This document shows positions 1-11,152 of a stretch of DNA of 64,000 nt, piece after piece. Origin of the DNA: Octopus sinensis (lineage: Eukaryota). Location: NCBI RefSeq assembly GCF_006345805.1, contig NC_043016.1:18724001-18788000 (forward strand), written 5' to 3'. Below the pieces are notes generated by a model. The model had not been told where the DNA came from. It made no database searches and worked only from the letters and a program-made list of their open reading frames with translations. The stretch's first letter is position 1. Each line of letters opens with the position of its first letter. Made by a program: the position numbers and the translations under genes.

Positions 1-207
1 TGTGTGTGTGTATGTCTGTCTGTTCCTCACCAGTGTCAACTGGTTCTAGTGTGATTACATTCCTGTGATTCATTGGTTCAGCAGAAAGAGTTGATAAAAT
101 GATTGCCATGTTTTAAAATTAGGGTTGGCTCGTTCGACTAAACTTTCTAATGCAGTACACCCCCCACCTCGTCATCACAGCAGTCTAATGAGTAAAACAA
201 GAAATAG

Positions 208-215
208 ATAGATAA

Positions 216-314
<99 letters not shown>

Positions 315-409
315 TGTAGGTAGGTAGGTAGGTAGGTAGGTAGGTAGGTAGATAGGTAGGTAGGTAGGTAGGTAGGTAGGTAGATAGATAGACAGACAGA
401 CAAACAGAC

Positions 410-481
<72 letters not shown>

Positions 482-522
482 GATAGACAGATTTGGATGG
501 ATGGATGGATGGATGGATATTA

Positions 523-585
<63 letters not shown>
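208..585 (+). repeat. Compound microsatellite (GATA)n/(GGTA)n/(GACA)n/(GGAT)n/(TA)n/(GA)n
   Basis: Read directly from the sequence; explains the spurious YLSI/IHTY ORFs. Confidence 0.98.
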
Positions 586-592
<7 letters not shown>

Positions 593-1153
593 AGTGAAGA
601 ATAATATATAAAAGATAAGTATTTATACAGACATTGGCGTAGGTGTGGATGTGTAATAAAAGGAAAAGATATATACATATATACATAAATATAGTGAGAA
701 AGGGAGAGAAAACAGAACACAGACATGCATATATATGTAGATAGTTAGTTAGGTAGGTAGGTATGCATGTATATATGTATATATGTATTATGTGGATATT
801 TGTGTATGTATGCACGTAAGCATGCGCGCATTTATGTATGTATGTATGTATGTATGTATGTATGTATGTATGTATGTATGTATGTATGTATGTATGTATG
901 TATGTATACATATGCGTCATTTATGCAAATGTTTGTAATTAAATTCATCTCTATTCGTTTCATTATAATGTTAAAATAACGTTCTGAATTGATACACATT
1001 GTCAGGAAATTATGTCATCTATTTAAGATCGCATTGTACGCATGTATTTCTACGGACACACAAATACATACTATCCAGAAGCATATATTATATATATATA
1101 TATATTATATATATATATATTTATATATATATATATAATATAATATATATTAT

Positions 1154-1235
<82 letters not shown>

Positions 1236-1685
1236 GAAGTAAAGAAACTAACTGAGAAAATGTTCACACAGAAATAGAAGCGTTATACAATGAGACAAAC
1301 ACACAGACACATGCCAGACAACACGCACTCAAATATTCTCATGTATCATATTATATAGCTATGATATCCATGAACCTGCTCCTCGCAGGAACATGCTCAA
1401 AGATAACTTTAGCATGTCGTTGGTATAAATATTTAGTCCAAAGTCAAGTAATGAAACAAGTATACTTAGCGTCTAAAACGATCCAACCGTGGTCTTCACG
1501 TGTTATTTCGGTTGTTTTAGAAAAAATATAAAATCTACTTGAAACGATATTTGGACGTACTTTCAGGGATACTTGATGTTATTTTGGGCTGGCAAGAGTT
1601 GTGGAGAGGTTGTATGTTTACGTGCGCGTATAAACATGTGTGTGTACACACACACACACGTACTACATACAGATACACACACGCG

Positions 1686-1749
<64 letters not shown>

Positions 1750-1752
1750 CTA

Positions 1753-1975
1753 CTTATTTAAAGCAGCAGAAAATTCAACAAAATCTGTTACTCTGAGTTT
1801 CTCGTTGCCGTTCATCAGACAGTTTTTGCTAGCAAAAACTGATGAACGGCAACGAGAAACTCAGAGTAACAGATTTTGTTGAATTTTCTGCTGCTTTAAA
1901 TAAGCATATTACTCTACCACTGGTATTTGAGTACTCTTTTTTCCACCTTGTTCACATTTATGTGGTTACTCCGGA
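1753..1975. mobile_element. Palindromic Penelope-like terminus (non-autonomous) with hammerhead motif
   Basis: Arms 1753-1818 and 1839-1904 are exact reverse complements around a GCTAGC centre; related copy at 9568-9738. Confidence 0.7.
1779..1828 (-). ncRNA. Type I hammerhead ribozyme motif (minimal, Penelope-like)
   Basis: Minus strand caaaaactgt-CTGATGA-acggcaacga-GAAA-ctcagag-TA-acagattttg: stem I ctgt/acag plus extension, CG-GCAA-CG stem II, quasi-palindromic ACTC-A-GAGT stem III, GUA triplet. The base of stem II is non-canonical. Confidence 0.6.
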
Positions 1976-1979
1976 TATA

Positions 1980-2017
<38 letters not shown>

Positions 2018-2039
2018 AATATATATCTATATATATATA

Positions 2040-2250
2040 TATATAAATGTGACCTCGTGTGTACCGTTGGCGATTTTGCTTTTCCTCCGTCTTCCCTTCT
2101 TTGGATCTTTCCTTTCCTGTGTTTCTGACGAAGAGCTCCGCTCGAAACGTTAAACCCTCCTTCTTTCCTGAGCGCCCAATAATACTATACTTGTTCCACG
2201 TCCTCGAGTTGTTGGGTTTCTTCTGTTGTTTTCATGTTTTGATTAACTTT
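2040..2250 (+). mobile_element. Penelope-like pseudo-LTR fragment
   Basis: Contains a hammerhead motif (2121-2155); related inverted fragments at about 18780-18865 and 20095-20210. Confidence 0.55.
2121..2155 (+). ncRNA. Minimal hammerhead ribozyme motif
   Basis: gttt-CTGACGA-a-gagc-tcc-gctc-GAAACGT-t-aaac: stem I gttt/aaac, stem II gagc/gctc, palindromic ACGT stem III. Confidence 0.6.
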
Positions 2251-2502
2251 ATAATATAATATTATATAATTAGAGGATGTTAACACAGTGAAGGGATGGT
2301 TGTATCCAAGGCAATACTGGTTCAATACCTAGTATTACGGAGAATGAAATTCCCTTAAAACAATAGGTGTATATTAAGCATATAGTATATATCCATATAA
2401 AAGAAAAGAAAATGGAGATAAGGAAATTAATAATTGTTTATTAACAAAAAAAATGGTCATCTTCGCTTCTTACAGCCGTTTCAATTAAGACTCAATAAGT
2501 CA

Positions 2503-2730
2503 GTCGCCCGCTGACACTCGTTGACGCTACATCGAAGAGGCCAGGGAACAGAAGAAAGAAGAAGACATGCACTCAACACCAGAGCTGAAGTAGGGAGCCA
2601 CCACGTCAAAACGGTATAGGAGTAGGGGCTGAAATCGGACGTGGTTCCTCCTGATGATGTCTTGAGTTAACGGGATCCTATAAAGGAGCTGTTGTGGTAG
2701 CATACCGCGAAACACGGTTGAAATTCTTCC
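2503..2730. repeat. Unclassified dispersed repeat; second copy at 50040-50285
   Basis: Clear local similarity between the two copies (cagtc..gctgacactcg..catcgaagaggccagggaacagaagaaaga..gtggttcctcctgatgatgtcttgag..gaaacacggttg). Confidence 0.75.
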
Positions 2731-2994
2731 ATTAAATTACAAATTTATACACTAAATTTACATTTATGTCACATGTGTAAAATTTCATCAGTGACCTTTG
2801 GGTGTTATAAATGGACCGGTCATATAAATGTAAATTAAATGTACTAATTTGTAATTAAATTATTGAGAATAATTGCTGCAACGGCCGTAAGAAACGAAGA
2901 TGACCATTTAGCTGTTACTAATAAATAATTAACTTCCTACCTCCATTTTCTTGTCTTCTTATATATATATATAAGTTACCATTGTTTATATATA

Positions 2995-3039
<45 letters not shown>

Positions 3040-3227
3040 TATATATAGATATATATATATATATATATATATATATTCGAGTTTGTATGATTGTGTATAG
3101 AAGAATATATTCATGAATGATATTCCACCTTAGTCTAATTTTCACGCTTTATTATTTGCAACTTTTACATTTTACAATTTTACAATATTGAAATAAGCTA
3201 ATACTTTCATGCGCTACGCAATCATCA

Positions 3228-4334
3228 GGTTTGCACCTTGTTGACCAGCTTCTCGATGACAAGCACCAACCTCTCGGCTAACACCTTGGCCAAAATTTTC
3301 AAGTCTGCATTAAGCAGAGTGATGAGTCTAAAGTTATCTATTGCGTCCTCCTTGTTTGGATCTTTCTTCAGCAGCATTACTGCTCCTTGGCTCACAAAAC
3401 TGGGGATGCTCCCGTTTTGCTGCCAGTTGCAGTACACTGCTGCCAAGAGTTTCCAAGCAAGTCTGGAATACAACTGTAAAGCTCGTAGGGTAGACCATTC
3501 AAACCCGGCGATTTGTCCCTCGAGCATTCTGCTATTGCGTCCCGCACTTCCGCCACCGTGATGGCACCTCTGGTTCTCTTGTCGGGAGTAGTGACAGGCT
3601 GTGCAGGTAGACACTGAAGTTTACCCTGCGTTCTCTCTCGCTAATCGTCCCCAACAGTCGGGCAAAATTCTTTTGAAAGGCCTCACACATTTTACTTGGC
3701 TCAATTAATTCGCGCCCCTGTTCATCTACCAGAGACCGAATGGTGGCTTTGTTGCCCTGTTGTGCCTCCGCCACCCGGGCCTCTCACGCGGCTCCAACAC
3801 CTTCGTTCCTTAGAACATGCATCCTAGCCCTGACAACACACCCTTCGTGTTTGGCGTTGAAGTGTTAGTCGAGGACCAACCTCGCCGCCAAAAGGTCACT
3901 TTTAGTCGCCTCTTCTAACTTTTTAACTAAGTCACCCTCTACTTTGTTTCTTTCTATGGCTAGTACTTTGCTATACCTAATCGCTTCTGCTTTCATTGCT
4001 CTCTTGAGAGCGAACCATCATTTGTTGTTGATGATGGCTCCCGTCAAAGCCCTCTTTACTAACGTGCTAATCCAGTCTCTGAAGACCTGTCTTGACGGAA
4101 AGACGCGTCTAGTTTCCAGCAACCGGGACCCTGCCTATGTGTCTAGCGTACACATCACAAGTTTGTGATCCGTGTAGCTAACTATGTGGAATTGTGAACA
4201 TCCTATGCTATCTCTCTCTACTGTCCTACACAGTATCCTATCTAGATACGATCTCGACGACCTGATGTGGTTGCTCCATGTTCACGTTTCGGGCGCATTC
4301 GGGTGCTTGAGTCGGTACCTGTCAGACAATTGAA

Positions 4335-4335
<1 letters not shown>
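3228..4335 (-). mobile_element. L1/Tx1-clade LINE fragment (end of endonuclease to start of RT), truncated at both ends
   Basis: Translates to DRYRLKHPNAP...DNFRLITLLNADLKILAKVLAERL; homologous to 31240-32308; 5' end abuts (TATC)n. Confidence 0.93.
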
Positions 4336-4444
<109 letters not shown>

Positions 4445-4445
4445 G

Positions 4446-5549
4446 TTTCTTTATTGGCCACACAGGGCTGCACACAGATGGGACAAGTTACAAGGTAGAG
4501 CTTTTCTTTTGGGGGATGAAAAAAACAAAAAAAACAAAAGAAGAAAAAAGGGGTGGCGTAGGTTTTCGATCAAGAGGGATCGTAAAAGGGAAGAAAAGAA
4601 CAAAAAAAAACAAAAAAATAAAAAATAAAAAGAATAAAAAGAAAAAAAAAGAAAAGGAAACGGAACAAAAGAAAAGAGAAATGAAAAAAGAAGAAAAAAG
4701 GGGAAAAAAAGGGGAAGAGGAAAAAAAGAACGATCAATAGGGATCGTGTATCACAGTGTTATGATATATGGTGTAAAGGGGAAAGCAAGTAAGGTTTATC
4801 CGTGGGAAGAAAAGCCTACGAAAAAGATCACGGTAACCTTGTTATATGTTACCACATTTGTTTGCAAGTGGGTAACCCTCTGTTTTCAATTTCTGGGTTC
4901 ATAGGATTATGCTCAAGGTGGCTTCGTCATTCATACGTGCCATCCTTGCTACATTCACCCATCTTTTTTTAAAACTTCGTTAGACAAAAACTTGCCTCTC
5001 TATTCTCACTTTCCTTTTCAAGTGGTACTTGAGAAGTAGTTGATGAGAGATTGACCAGAGAGGAAAGTGTTTGTCTCCAATCCTTTCAGACGCGTCCACC
5101 AGATACATTCTTTCGCCATAGCCACAAGGATGAATGATGAAAATAGCTCTTCCTTCCCGTTTGAAGGAAGGAGGCGTGACAATATTGACGATAGACTCAG
5201 CTGATAAACCGACTCGTCCCACACGTGACAGCAGTTGTTCGACACAAGCCCAAAAGTCGGAAATTGTTGGACACTGCACGAGTGCGTGCAGAACGGTTTC
5301 GTCGCTCTGACCGCATCTCGGGCAGGTCGGCCCCGTGTTTCTCGAGCCGTGTCTGTAGAGCTTATCCCGAACGGGTAGCGCTTCTCGGTAGCACTGCCAG
5401 GCCAGGGATCTCTGGAAGTTGTCCATGGGCCGTGGCCCGAAAGTCGTTCTTAACAGGCGGGTTATGTACTCCTCGTCGACGTCCAGGTTCGCCCCGAGCT
5501 CGTCGTCGTACCTCCCCTCTACTAATCCCTTATAGAATGCTTTGGTTGT
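4446..5549 (-). mobile_element. 5'-truncated Tx1 LINE: ORF2 C-terminus (zf-RVT-like CPRC..ETVLHALVQC) plus complete 3' UTR
   Basis: Near-identical to 29015-30050; 3' end ...gtggccaataaagaaac followed by (TATC)n; 5' end also abuts (TATC)n. Confidence 0.95.
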
Positions 5550-5662
5550 AGATAGATAGATAGATAGATAGATATATAGATAGATATATAGATAGATAGA
5601 TACATACATACATACATACATACATCATACATACATACATACATACATACATACATAGATAG

Positions 5663-5730
<68 letters not shown>

Positions 5731-5762
5731 AGGTGGTTGGATGGATGGATGGATGGATGGAT
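5550..5762 (+). repeat. Compound (GATA)n/(TACA)n/(GGAT)n array
   Basis: Read directly from the sequence. Confidence 0.97.
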
Positions 5763-6074
5763 GGAAGAAATGCAGAATTTAAAAAACCTGGGAAATATCA
5801 ATAAAGAACTCAGTATCGAAATGTTCAGCAATCAGATATCAATAAATGAAAGCAGATTACATATACCAGGGAATTCTGCATGTGGTCGTTGCCTTGAAGA
5901 AATGCAATATATAATTACTTCTAATTTTATTGAATTTTAATGGAAACATAACAATAAGATGTTGCCATAAATCTAGAAAGACATTCAAATATTCCAATTT
6001 TTAATTACAATATCTGTTCAGATATCATATAATAAGCATATTATTTTAAACTAACTTATTTGTTTTATATATAT

Positions 6075-6506
6075 ATGGCTCTTTGAGCCGTTATCAGTCT
6101 TTGCTCTTCTCTCTTTGTGGTAGCCCATGTTTCACTACCATATAACATTGCAGGTCAATGCTTGGTATCTCGTTGAGAGAGCACATAAATAGCAACATCA
6201 TCAGAAAGAAGTCCGGCGTGAGAGATGTCATCGCAGAGTATACTCGCAGCAAGTATAGATGGGCTGGACACGTCGCCCGGCTCACCGATAATCGGTGGAC
6301 GCACGCAGTCATCGAGTGGTACCCGCGTGAGCGGAAAAAACCACCCGGAAGACCACGACGGTGGAGTGACGATTTCAAGAGGACGATTGGGATCACGTGG
6401 ATGAGAAAGGCGCGATCCAGAGAGGAGTGGACAGCGTGCTGTGACCAGTGGTGTCAAATGGACGCCTGACGGACTGGTCGGTCAAAGTGAAGTGAAGTGA
6501 AAGTGA
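6075..6506 (+). mobile_element. RTE-clade LINE 3' fragment with 5' inversion
   Basis: 6152-6469 encodes SMLGISLREHI..RWAGHVAR..WYPRERKKPPGRP; tail of AAGTG repeats; 6075-6151 is the adjacent upstream segment (AMLYGSETWATTKREEQRLITAQRA) inverted. Confidence 0.9.
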
Positions 6507-6530
6507 TATGTATATATATATATATATATG

Positions 6531-6954
6531 TACTGTTGTACTTCGAGGTGGTCATCTTAAATTTTTTTCCAAATAAACACAGACACTATATATATTTTTT
6601 CACTCGTTTATTACTGTTATTTTATTATTTTTATTAGTTTGACGCCTGTCCATTGTCCGGAAATCTTTCGTCATACATCTATGACCTCTGCAACGACACT
6701 CTTCGTTTCCGTGTGAGTGTGTTCTTGCTCCACTCACTCCAAAGATTGAAGTGAGTGGAGCAGGAACACACGGTAACGAAAAGTGTCGCTGCAGAGGTCA
6801 CAGATGTATGACGAAAGATCTCGGACAATGGACAAGCGTCAAAATAATAAAATAATAAAATAACAGTAATAAACGAGTGAAGAAAAAATACAGTGCGTGT
6901 GTATATTTGGCAAGAAAATAATAAATAAAATGACCACCCCGAAGTACAACAATA
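6531..6954. mobile_element. Foldback MITE, about 420 bp, almost wholly palindromic
   Basis: Ends tgttgtacttcgaggtggtcat / atgaccaccccgaagtacaaca; arms of about 200 bp meet near 6745; sits in TA-rich DNA. Confidence 0.85.
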
Positions 6955-7292
6955 TATGTTTCAACACACGATTTCACATAAGGAATCTTGCAAAACGAAT
7001 TGATAAACGTGTGTGTGTGTGTGTGTAAGTAAACTATATACAGTATCTTATAAAAGTATGTACACCCCTATAAAAATTCAGTAAAATTGCCATTATTCTG
7101 TTAATATCGAGAGAAATTAAACGAAATATATACTGAATAAAATATATTATACATGCAAGCATTATACAAATTTGGAACACAAAACAATGAACATTTTCAA
7201 AGATATGAACGAAATATTAAGTTTCAGACGATACAAAAATATGTACACCCTAAAAAATAATAAAATAATAAATAATAAATAAAAAATAATAA

Positions 7293-7522
7293 AATTTGAA
7301 CTCAGAACGTAAAGACAGGCGAAATACCGCTAAGCATTTCGCCCGGCGTGCTAACGTTTCTTATTTCTTTATTGGCCACAAAGAGCTAAACATAGAGGGG
7401 ACAAACAAGGACAGACAAAGGGATTAAGTCGATTACATCGACTCCAGTGCATAACAGGTACTTAATTTATCGACCCCGAAAGGATGAAAGGCAAAGTCGA
7501 CCTCGGCGGAATTTGAACTCAG
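7293..7522 (-). mobile_element. Circularly permuted SINE-B segment; inverted copy of 8707-8936
   Basis: About 3 mismatches over 230 bp; includes the locus-specific junction aaagaaataagaaacgttagc. Confidence 0.9.
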
Positions 7523-8423
7523 ATTATTGCTATATTCAATATTGCTTGCAATGACTGAATTAAGTCTTTTGGGGGCATAGAGTCGATTAAATTTTCGCAC
7601 ATAACCGATGAAATCTACCTCCATTCATCCTGAATTATGTCTTTCAACTGGGTTACGTTGCGGGGTTTTCTCTTCTCAACGTTCCTTTTCAAAACACCCC
7701 ACAGATACTCTCTTAGGTTTAAATCAAATGACACGGTTGGCCAAGGCAATGCATTTACTTTTTTATATGATAAAAATTTAGTTGTCATCTTTGAAGTGTG
7801 TTTAGGATCATTCTCATGTTGGAATATGGCATGACTTCCTAGTTCTTTGATGCTTTTTAAAATTTTTTTCTGAATCCACTGTTCTCTCAATAAATGTGTC
7901 TTCCCACACCAGCCGTACTCATGCATCCCCAAAGCATAACACTTCCACCGCCGTGGTTCACGGTGGGCACGGTGCATTTGTCGCTATTATCTTCACTTGA
8001 TTGTTGCCATACTCGTTAAATCCTATCTGGCCCAAACAAGTTCATTTTAGTCTCATCAGGAAAAATAATTTTATTCCAAAACTCCTTCCCTTTACTCGCA
8101 TAGGTTTCGACAAAAGAAAGACGATTTGATTTATGCCTGGTAGTGAGGAGAAGCTTCATACGAGGAATGCATCTGTGAAGAACACAATGGTTCAAATTTC
8201 GGCGAACTGTTTGGGCGGATACACTCTTTCTACTAACAGAAGATACATCTTGGGCCAAAGATGAACCGGTACCACGCCTGTCATCCATCATGCAACTCTG
8301 AATGAGGCAAATATCACGTGTAGTTAAAATAGAAGGACGACCTGGACGATGTTTATTGCTTAGCCGTCCAGTAGCTTTGTACTTCTGAATTACTTTGGCA
8401 ACTGTGTTTACGCTAATATGCAT
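7523..8423 (-). pseudogene. Tc1 (DDE) transposase, frameshifted
   Basis: HTH region GRPSILT..SAQTVRRNL, IIFPDETKMNLFG, FQHENDPKHTS, WPTVSFDLNLREYLWGVLKR, DSMPKRLNSVI. Confidence 0.9.
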
Positions 8424-8448
8424 TCGTTTGCTAATTAACTTGTATCCT

Positions 8449-9070
8449 AAGGCGGCGAGATGGCAGAAACGTTAGTACGCCGGGCGAAATGCTTAGCGGT
8501 ATTTCGTCTGCCGCTACATTTTGAGTTCAAATTCTGCCGAGGTCGACTTTGCCTTTCATCCTTTAGGGGTCGATTAAATAAGTACCAGTTACGCACTGGA
8601 GTCGATATAATCGACTTAATCCGTTTGTCTGTCCTTGTTTGTCTCCTCTCTGTGTTTAGCCCCTTGTGGATGGTAAAGAAATAGGTATCTCGTCTGTCAT
8701 TAGTTTCTAAGTTCAAATTCCGCCGAGGTCGACTTTGCCTTTCATCCTTTCGGGGTCGATAAATTAAGTACCAGTTACGCACTGGAGTCGATGTAATCGA
8801 CTTAATCCCTTTGTCTGTCCTTGTTTGTCCCCTCTATGTTTAGCTCTTTGTGGCCAATAAAGAAATAAGAAACGTTAGCACGCCGGGCGAAATGCTTAGC
8901 GGTATTTCGCCTGTCTTTACGTTCTGAGTTCAAATTCCGCCGAGGTGGACTTTGCCTTTCACCCTTTCGGAGTCGATAAATTAAGTACCAGTTGCGTATT
9001 AGGATCGATCTAATCGATTGGCCCCCTCCCCAAAAATTTCGGGCCTTGTGCCTAGAGTAGAGAAGAATTT
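8449..9070 (+). mobile_element. Nest of three tRNA-headed SINE-B units inside the Tc1
   Basis: Head aaggcggcgagatggcagaaacgttag, B-box-like gagttcaaatt, core gcctttcatcctttcggggtcgataaattaagtacca (resembles a Meta/MESC-type domain, from memory); 13-bp TSD acttg/atatcctaa at 8438-8450 and 9071-9083. Confidence 0.88.
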
Positions 9071-9567
9071 ACTTATATCCTAAACAGTTCTTGTGCAAAT
9101 TAAAAAGAATTTTCTTCAAATCTTCAAACAATTCTTTACCTTTTGGTGCCCGTTTAATAACAATGAAGATTTTCACCACGGTACACAAATCGGAATTCCC
9201 GCAGATGCAATAACAATAACCGGTGCAAAAACAAATAATTAATTAGAATTGAAATGATAGTAATATCTGAATTTGATAAAAAAAAAAAGAAAGGTGGGGT
9301 AAAATAATGAATGCAAAATTTCTTTAGAGTGTACATTTTCTTGTAACGATTGAACATTAATATCTCGTTCATATCTTTGAAAATGTTCATTGTTTTGTGT
9401 TCCAAGTTTGTATAGCGTTTGCATGTATAATATATTTTTATTCAGTATAAATTTCGTTTGATTTCTTTCGATATTAAAGGAGTAATGGCAATTTTACTGA
9501 AATTTTATAGGGGTGTACATATTTCTATGAGATAACATATATATATCTATATATATATTTATATATA

Positions 9568-9738
9568 CCGGAGTAAACACATAAATGTGAAACAAGGTAG
9601 AAAAAAGAGTACTCAAATACCAGTGGTAGAGTAATATGCTTTATTTAAAGCAGCAGAAAATTCAACAAAATCTGTTACAGTGAGAAACTCAGAGTAACAG
9701 ATTTTGTTGAATTTTCTGCTGCTTTAAATAAAGTATAT
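9568..9738. mobile_element. Second palindromic Penelope-like terminus, centre deleted
   Basis: 40-bp inverted arms 9639-9678 and 9694-9733, same family as 1753-1975 in opposite orientation. Confidence 0.7.
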
Positions 9739-9829
9739 TTATATATATATGAATATAATATATATATATTAATATAATATAATATAATATAATATAATAT
9801 AATATAATATATATAATTGCTGGCCTTCA

Positions 9830-10490
9830 CCTTATACAGCAGTGCTTTTCCGATTGTCAGTTCTATATTGGTTGTTCCAGAGCTGGAAATCGCAACAATC
9901 TCCTTACACTCGCACCAAATGGTAAAACCAAGCATTTTACTTATCCTGCTGCTTTACAGGGATCTCTAAATATTACAGTGATACAAAATTCTCCCATTCG
10001 TCCAACTATCCCGAGTCTCCGAAGCTTGTGATATATCCCAGGATCAACCTTACCAGAGGCCTTTGCAAAATCGAGATACATCTATGTTTGAGCAATACAT
10101 TTGTTGTTTCAACGCCCAGTCATAATACTGCAAAAGTTGTCTAAGACAGTTTCTTTCTCAGTGGTATATATGCTGGGTGTTACGGAGCAAGTCATTCTTT
10201 TCTAAGAATATAATCATCTACCTCTGAAAATACGTTCCATGACTTTGCTAATATGCAGGGTTATAGACAGGTTTATAATTTTATACTATATCAGCTCTTG
10301 AACTGAAAGTCGCTACGGTGATCTATAGGTCCGAGTCATCTCGTCTAGAGAGTGGACCATGTACTGCAAAAGCTTGGGATTCAAGAACCCACAGTTATTT
10401 AATATCTTGGCAAAGCAACTGACAGAGTTACATGGTGTAGGCGTAGATGCCTTCAAGAAACAACTTGAACACCTGGATGATTTTCTCATT
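9830..10490. mobile_element. CR1-like LINE fragments (RT on -, C-terminus on +)
   Basis: Minus: IYLDFAKASGKVDPGIYHKLRRLGI; plus: SLGFKNPQLFNILAKQLTELHGVGVDAFKKQL. Confidence 0.65.
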
Positions 10491-10578
10491 TAAAATAAAT
10501 TGCCTACATACATTTGATTACCGAAGTGTGCAGATGTGCTTCACGAGAACATATTAATTATAACCGCCTTGTATACAC

Positions 10579-10645
<67 letters not shown>

Positions 10646-10722
10646 TTACATATATACATACATCTATATATTTATATAAATATATATACATACATACATA
10701 CATACATACGTACATACATAAG

Positions 10723-10756
<34 letters not shown>

Positions 10757-11152
10757 CATACATACATACCTACATACATACATACATACATACATATGTG
10801 CAACATAGATATTCCTACCTGTGCCTGTGAAATCTTGTATCCCTGCCGTAAGGCTTCATTTCTACACACGCCAGCTTAATTTAATTCGTCCTTAGTCGAA
10901 AGACACCTGTTGTCATGTCCTGTTATTAATTTTAAATGTATTTGTGTAACATTGTCCTTTTTTCCGTCCTTGTTTTTGTATACATTCGCTGCTTTCTTCC
11001 AAGGAATTTAATGCACTTAGCTTAGTTTTTCCTTAGGGCTGGTCAGATTGGAGCAATCTAGAGAATAATCAGCCGAACTTCGAATGACCCGTCCTTGTTT
11101 TCTTTGTATCGTCTATTTGGATGCTTTGTTGTATATATATATAGACATATAT

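Larger units (their letters stand above)
7041..9537 (-). mobile_element. Tc1-family DNA transposon with long IR/DR-type terminal inverted repeats, decayed
   Basis: TIRs about 7041-7255 and 9330-9537 with internal gtacaccc repeats; TA flanks; transposase relic inside. Confidence 0.9.

Noticed and set aside
147-1277. Long ORFs of YIHT/YLSI/YVCM repeats here and throughout the window
   Set aside because: Translations of microsatellites; not protein-coding evidence.
1753-1904. CRISPR-like or prokaryotic repeat array
   Set aside because: A single palindrome; no repeat-spacer periodicity and no cas genes; the window is eukaryotic.
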